Under the pieces are notes generated by a model. That model was not told where the DNA came from. It did no database searches and saw only the letters and a program-made list of their open reading frames with translations. Below, one piece after another: positions 58,935 through 64,000 of a DNA stretch of 64,000 nucleotides. Source of the DNA: a virus; the IMG/VR virus record IMGVR_UViG_3300023179_000013, positions 1-64,000 of that record. One strand, given 5' to 3'. Position numbers and translations under genes: made by a program. Within the stretch, counting starts at the first letter, position 1; every line of letters begins with the position of its first letter.

Positions 58935-59518
58935 TACAAGAAGCAAAAAGACTACAGCAATTAGCTGGTATTATAACTGAAGCTGAAGATGCTAAAGCTG
59001 AACAAGCTGTTGAAAAAGGATTAAAATCTTTTTTAAATATTTTACAATCAGCGGAACAACAGGTTAAAGTATCTCCTAATGATGGAAAACAAAATGAAAT
59101 TTTTGTAACTCTAGCATCTATTATAATAGGAGCACCAGGATTATTAAATTTACTTGGGAAAGGAGCAGATCTTATAGGACAATATTTTTCACAAGGTGCT
59201 GTTAATAAAACAAAAATAGGTGATTTGTTAAAAACTGCAGGTCATAATTTAGAAAACCAATATATAGGTTCTTTAGCAGGATGGATTAAAGCAGCTTATC
59301 CTAAAAGTTATGGAGATCAAGATCCTTTTGACAAAACATCAGAATTACATGATTTAGCTCATGGAGCTTACGCTTCTTTATTAGTTGGAGCTGCTATTGG
59401 ATCTGGACTTGAAGCAGGCCATGCTATAAATGCTGTTGTTAAAGGGCTCGAAGGGGGTGCTGCTGCTTTTAAAACATCTGAAGTAGCAGATTTAGCTAAA
59501 AAAATAGTAGCTGCTTAA
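58928..59518 (+). CDS. class-C tagged protein with hydrophobic helices
   Basis: MLIQEAKRLQQLAGIITE; IFVTLASIIIGAPGLL; LLVGAAIGSG. Confidence 0.7.
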   Translation: MLIQEAKRLQQLAGIITEAEDAKAEQAVEKGLKSFLNILQSAEQQVKVSPNDGKQNEIFVTLASIIIGAPGLLNLLGKGADLIGQYFSQGAVNKTKIGDLLKTAGHNLENQYIGSLAGWIKAAYPKSYGDQDPFDKTSELHDLAHGAYASLLVGAAIGSGLEAGHAINAVVKGLEGGAAAFKTSEVADLAKKIVAA

Positions 59519-59547
59519 AAATAATTCGCGGTTTTTAATATCTACAT

Positions 59548-59671
59548 ATATTTATGGGTAGCCTACAATAGCTACCCACTTCTATTTATGGTAGCTTGGT
59601 TAATCAATTAACCCCCATTAAGCTTCTCTAATAAGCTTATTTCCGAAAACAAATTTAAGGAGAAAAACAAA
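59548..59671 (+). promoter_or_regulatory. structured 5' leader of the scaffold/capsid operon
   Basis: ATATTTAT, three hairpins, then TAAGGAG 9 nt before the ATG. Confidence 0.55.
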
Positions 59672-60952
59672 ATGAGTAACAAAAACTTATTCAAAGAGGC
59701 TATCGCCGACGCCAAAGCCGTTCGCGAAGCTGCGTTAGCAAACGCAAAAGCCGCTCTTGAAGAAGCTTTAACTCCAAAACTTCAATCCATGTTAGCTGCA
59801 AAGTTACAAGAAATGGATGGTGAAGAAGAAGTTGAAGAAGCTAAAAAGAGCGAAAAAGAAATGGAAGAAGGATTCGACACTGAAACTTTTGGTTGGGACA
59901 AAGAAGACACTACTTCCCTCAACGAAGAAGATTTAGAAGAAGACTTCGATTTATCTGAAATTTTAGCTGAGTTAAACGAAGCTGAAAAAGAAGAAGCTGG
60001 TGAAGAAGCAGAAGGCGAATCTGAAGAAGAAGAAGCCACTGAAAAAGAACCAACTGGAGAAGAAGGTGAAGAAGAAGTAGAGGTAAAAGATATGACTATC
60101 GAAGACCTCAAAGATCTTATCAAAGACATCGTATCTCAAGAAATGGGTGGTGAAGCTCCTGAAATGGGTGCTGAAGAACCTACAGACATGGGTGGTGAAG
60201 AAACCGGCGGTGCTGAAGATGAGATTGATTTAGAAGAATTGTTAGCTGAATTGGATTCTTTAGATGAATCAGAAGAGCTTGAAGAAGCTAAAAAGAAAAA
60301 AGATAAAGAAAACAAAAAAGAAGACAAAAAAGACAAGAAAATGGTAAAAGAAAATTACGAAGAAGAAGAACTTGAAGAAGGTATCTTTGGTGACTTAGGT
60401 AACAAACTTTCCGCTTGGGCTTATGACACAGATCTTGATACTATCAAATCTTGTAAAGACCAAACTAAAGGAAAAGGAATTGCTGCCTTCCAAGATTGCT
60501 TGAAAAGCAAAGGTGTTAAAATGTCTACTATTGGTACTGAACCAGGCGCTAGCGCTATGGGCGGTAACTGGAAGCAATTCGGTAAAACTACAGGTGAATT
60601 CAAAGAAGAACTTGAAGAAGCTATCGAAACTATCAACACTCTTCGTAATGAGTTAAACGAAGTTAATTTGTTAAACGCTAAGTTACTTTATGTTAATAAA
60701 ATCTTCAAAGCTAAGAATTTGACTGAATCACAAAAAGTAAAAGTAATTGCTTCATTCGATAAAGCAACTAATGTTAAAGAAGCTAAAGTAGTATTTGAAT
60801 CTCTTCAAACTGCTTTAACTGCTGCCCCTAAAAATCAAATCAAAGAAAGTCTTGGATTTGCTTCTAAAGCAGCTGGTATAGCTCCTAACAAAACTATTGT
60901 TGAGTCTAATGATGTGATTGCACGTATGCAAAAACTTGCAAACATCAAATAA
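59672..60952 (+). CDS. gp22: prohead core scaffold (T4 gp22-like)
   Basis: Very acidic coiled coil between protease and capsid genes; LNEVNLLNAKLLY; C-terminal RMQKLANIK. Confidence 0.85.
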   Translation: MSNKNLFKEAIADAKAVREAALANAKAALEEALTPKLQSMLAAKLQEMDGEEEVEEAKKSEKEMEEGFDTETFGWDKEDTTSLNEEDLEEDFDLSEILAELNEAEKEEAGEEAEGESEEEEATEKEPTGEEGEEEVEVKDMTIEDLKDLIKDIVSQEMGGEAPEMGAEEPTDMGGEETGGAEDEIDLEELLAELDSLDESEELEEAKKKKDKENKKEDKKDKKMVKENYEEEELEEGIFGDLGNKLSAWAYDTDLDTIKSCKDQTKGKGIAAFQDCLKSKGVKMSTIGTEPGASAMGGNWKQFGKTTGEFKEELEEAIETINTLRNELNEVNLLNAKLLYVNKIFKAKNLTESQKVKVIASFDKATNVKEAKVVFESLQTALTAAPKNQIKESLGFASKAAGIAPNKTIVESNDVIARMQKLANIK

Positions 60953-60984
60953 TTAAAAAAAAACAAAACAAAATTTTAAACAAA

Positions 60985-62652
60985 ATGAACATTCAATCAT
61001 TATTAGAGTCATCAAACCAATACAAGGTTATTGCTGATGACGCCAAAAAACTCTCCGCTAAGTGGACCAAATCTGGTCTCTTAGAAGGATTAAAAAGCGA
61101 GAACGATCGCAATACAATGGCGATGTTACTCGAAAACCAAGCTAAGCAGTTAGTAACTGAAGCTTCATCTACTGGTAACCAATCTGGTGGTGCTGGTGCT
61201 TACAACGGTGAAAGCTGGAACGGTGTTGCCCTTCCATTAGTACGCCGTGTATTCGGTGAAATCGCTGCTAAAGAATTCGTTTCTGTACAGCCGATGAACT
61301 TACCTTCTGGTCTCGTATTCTACTTGGACTTCAAGTATGGTACTGGTGTTAAACCATTTGCCTCTGGTGGTTCTTTATATGGAGCTAATGCTTCTACAAA
61401 CGTAACTGATATTGCTTCAGCTTCATTATATGGTGCTGGTAAATTCGGTTATTCTATCAACCAATTCTCATCTTCTATTGCTGCTATCACATCATCTGCT
61501 GGTGGTGCAACTGGTGCTGCTACTTGGTTAGATTTTAACTTAGACGCTGCTTACTCTTCTTCTTTTACTAGCTTTAAAAAGATCCTTGTTCCATTACCTG
61601 CTAACTTCGATGTTAACGGTGTTCGTGCTTTCCAAGTTCTTTCAGGTTCTACTAACATTGACTTACAAGTATTGTCTGCGTTTACAACTGTATCTAACAA
61701 TACTGGTTCCTTTATCGTTACTGGTTCCTTAATTCCAGTTGCTGCTATTGGTGCTGGTGGTACTTTAGGTAATGTAACTTTATTGTATAACGTAGCTCCT
61801 TTAGCAACATCTCGTGGTGACTTTGAAGATGCTAATAACCTTAACTCTCCAGGTACTAACCCAGGTGGTTATCCAAATAACCAATCACAAACTGCAATTG
61901 CTATTCCAGAAGTTAACGTTCAGTTAAAATCTGAAGCAATCGTTGCTAAAACTCGTAAGTTGAAAGCTCAGTGGACTCCAGAATTCGCTCAAGACTTAAA
62001 CGCTTACCATAGCGTAGATGCTGAAGCTGAATTAACTGGTATCTTATCTCAGTACATCTCTATGGAGATTGACCTCGAGTTGTTAGATATGTTAATCCAG
62101 AACGCTTTCACAGTTGATTACTGGTCTGCTACTAACAACACTGCTTACAGTGTTTCTGGTACTACTGTTACTACTTCTGCATTAGCTTTCTATAACACCC
62201 AAGGTGGTTGGTTCCAAACTTTAGGAACTAAACTCCAGAAAGTTTCTAACAAAATTCACCAGTTAACTTTACGTGGTGGTGCTAACTTCTTAGTTTGCTC
62301 TCCAACTGTAGCTACTATCATCGAATCAATCCCAGGATTTGCTTCTGATGGTGATGGTGATAAAATGGAATTCAACTTCGGTATCCAAAAGGTTGGTTCT
62401 CTTAACAGTCGTTACAAGGTTTACAAGAACCCATATATGACTGAGAACGTAATCTTAATGGGTTACAAAGGTGCTCAATTCCTTGAGTGTGGTGCTGTAT
62501 TTGCTCCATACGTTCCGTTAATCATGACTCCACTTCTTTACGATCCAACAACCTTCACTCCACGTAAAGGTTTGATGACTCGTTACGCTAAGAAGATGAT
62601 CCGTCCTGACTACTACGGTAAGATCTATGTTGCTGGTTTAGATACTATCTAA
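60985..62652 (+). CDS. gp23: major capsid protein, copy 1 (T4 gp23-like)
   Basis: LLENQ, PLVRR, VQPMNLPSGLVF, AKTRKLKAQWTPEFAQDLNAYH, APYVPL, TRYA. Confidence 0.97.
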   Translation: MNIQSLLESSNQYKVIADDAKKLSAKWTKSGLLEGLKSENDRNTMAMLLENQAKQLVTEASSTGNQSGGAGAYNGESWNGVALPLVRRVFGEIAAKEFVSVQPMNLPSGLVFYLDFKYGTGVKPFASGGSLYGANASTNVTDIASASLYGAGKFGYSINQFSSSIAAITSSAGGATGAATWLDFNLDAAYSSSFTSFKKILVPLPANFDVNGVRAFQVLSGSTNIDLQVLSAFTTVSNNTGSFIVTGSLIPVAAIGAGGTLGNVTLLYNVAPLATSRGDFEDANNLNSPGTNPGGYPNNQSQTAIAIPEVNVQLKSEAIVAKTRKLKAQWTPEFAQDLNAYHSVDAEAELTGILSQYISMEIDLELLDMLIQNAFTVDYWSATNNTAYSVSGTTVTTSALAFYNTQGGWFQTLGTKLQKVSNKIHQLTLRGGANFLVCSPTVATIIESIPGFASDGDGDKMEFNFGIQKVGSLNSRYKVYKNPYMTENVILMGYKGAQFLECGAVFAPYVPLIMTPLLYDPTTFTPRKGLMTRYAKKMIRPDYYGKIYVAGLDTI

Positions 62653-62668
62653 TCTGGCTTCTAAATAA

Positions 62669-62702
62669 AAACGACCAGGTGTAAAAGCCTGGTCGTTTAT
62701 TA
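62669..62702 (+). terminator. hairpin between the two capsid genes, probably a leaky terminator
   Basis: AAACGACCAGG-TGTAAAAG-CCTGGTCGTTT-ATT. Confidence 0.65.
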
Positions 62703-62726
62703 AAAAACAATTTAAAACATTCTTAA

Positions 62727-64000
62727 ATGAATATTCAATCTCTGTTAGAGTCATCTAATCAATACAAAGTTATTGCTGATGACGCAAAAAAGCTTACCCA
62801 AAAGTGGGTTAAGTCTGGCCTTTTAGAAGGCATTAAGAGTGAGAATGAGCGTAATACGTTATCCATATTATTGGAAAACCAAGCTAAACAATTAGTAACC
62901 GAAGCATCTTCCACAGGTAACCAAGCTGGTGGTGCAGGTGCTTACAATGGTGAAAGCTGGAACGGTGTAGCTTTACCATTAGTACGTAGAGTATTTGGTG
63001 AGATTGCTGCTAAAGAATTCGTTAGTGTTCAACCAATGAATTTACCTTCTGGTCTTGTGTTTTATTTGGATTTTAAGTACGGTACTAATGATGTGCATTT
63101 TACCCAAAATGCTTCATTATATGGTGCTAACGCTACCACAAACGTAACTGACATTACATCTGAATCTCTTTATGGTCCTGGACAATTTGGTTATTCTATC
63201 AATAACTTCTCAGCTTCTGTTTCAAATGCACTTACAGGTGCTCTTGCCACATGGGCTGACTTTAACTTAAATGCAGATTATTCTGCTTCTGCAGCAGCTA
63301 ATTTGTATAGAAAGTTATTAGTTCCATTACCAGCAAACTCTGACGTAAATGCAGTTCGTTCATTTTTTATTAGTGGTAGTACAATATCTGGTTCAGGAGC
63401 TAATGCTTGGGAAGCTATTGGAAGTTATACTATATCTAATATCTTACAAGAATTTACTACTGTAGCAAATAATACTGCTTCATTCTTATTACCTTCATCT
63501 TCATTTGTTAAGATTGTAGGAACAGCTCCAACCAGTTCTAATGGTGTTCAAACAGCAGTATTGTACTACACAGTACAACCTTTAGCAACATCACGTGGTG
63601 ATTTTGAAGACGCTAGCAACTCTAACTCCCCAGGTACTAATCCTGGTGGTTATCCTAGTAATTTAAGTCAAACCACAATTTCAATTCCTGAAGTTAATGT
63701 TCAGTTAAAATCTGAAGCTATTGTAGCTAAAACTCGTAAGTTGAAAGCACAATGGACACCTGAATTTGCCCAGGATTTGAATGCTTATCATTCAGTAGAC
63801 GCTGAATCTGAATTAACAGGAATTTTATCTCAATACATTTCTATGGAAATTGATCTTGAGTTATTAGACATGTTAATCCAAAACGCCTTTACTGTTGATT
63901 ATTGGTCTGCTACTAACAACACTGCTTATGGTGTTTCTGGTACTACTGTTACTACTACTAACTTAGCCTTTTACAATACTCAAGGTGGTTGGTTCCAAAC
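62727..64000 (+). CDS. gp23: major capsid protein paralog, copy 2 (truncated by window end; not in ORF track)
   Basis: Open from ATG 62727: MNIQSLLESSNQYKVIADDAKKLTQKWVKSGLLEG...TRKLKAQWTPEFAQDLNAYHSVDAE...QGGWFQ. Confidence 0.93.
   Translation, partial: MNIQSLLESSNQYKVIADDAKKLTQKWVKSGLLEGIKSENERNTLSILLENQAKQLVTEASSTGNQAGGAGAYNGESWNGVALPLVRRVFGEIAAKEFVSVQPMNLPSGLVFYLDFKYGTNDVHFTQNASLYGANATTNVTDITSESLYGPGQFGYSINNFSASVSNALTGALATWADFNLNADYSASAAANLYRKLLVPLPANSDVNAVRSFFISGSTISGSGANAWEAIGSYTISNILQEFTTVANNTASFLLPSSSFVKIVGTAPTSSNGVQTAVLYYTVQPLATSRGDFEDASNSNSPGTNPGGYPSNLSQTTISIPEVNVQLKSEAIVAKTRKLKAQWTPEFAQDLNAYHSVDAESELTGILSQYISMEIDLELLDMLIQNAFTVDYWSATNNTAYGVSGTTVTTTNLAFYNTQGGWFQ

Noticed and set aside
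1287-60639. Minus-strand ORFs in the six-frame track (e.g. 8459-8758, 38396-38776, 47090-47467, 59782-60129)
   Set aside because: They lie antisense to well-supported + genes, have shadow-like Ser/Leu/Phe-rich composition and no leaders.
1-64000. Stop-codon reassignment (TAG or TGA recoding seen in some large phages)
   Set aside because: Core genes are full length in the standard code, and TAG and TGA end genes at sensible boundaries.
62727-64000. Second capsid gene as an assembly artefact
   Set aside because: Dense synonymous substitutions and a different insertion domain show real divergence.

Overview
This is an AT-rich segment of a large lytic, T4-like (myovirus-type) phage genome, with essentially all genes on the + strand. 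The host is most likely Bacteroidota, judged from TTTG/TAnnTT(T/C)A promoter elements, A-rich leaders without Shine-Dalgarno sequences and a signal peptide with Gln at +1. Layout: (1) 1-11.6 kb is an array of small early genes, most with their own copy of a G(G/T)CAA(A/G)(A/G)-N8-10-TAnnTT(T/C)A promoter, often inside a hairpin, plus several candidate small RNAs; (2) a GC-rich structured junction near 11.6 kb; (3) a gp55-like sigma factor, baseplate/tail genes and a GH19 endolysin at 13.8-31 kb; (4) GIY-YIG nuclease, primase and exonuclease; (5) at 33-59 kb, about 20 otherwise unrelated proteins sharing short amphipathic tags ending in I/L-x-E; (6) terminase, portal, prohead protease, scaffold and two tandem major capsid protein paralogs, the second missing from the ORF track and cut by the window end. 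The most notable candidate system is a multi-class capsid cargo addressing scheme. Its tags resemble the capsid propeptide and the scaffold C-terminus, its protease-site-bounded modules include a passenger domain inside the scaffold, and it sits beside a duplicated capsid gene with a diverged insertion domain. All family calls come from motif recognition by eye; no database search was run.
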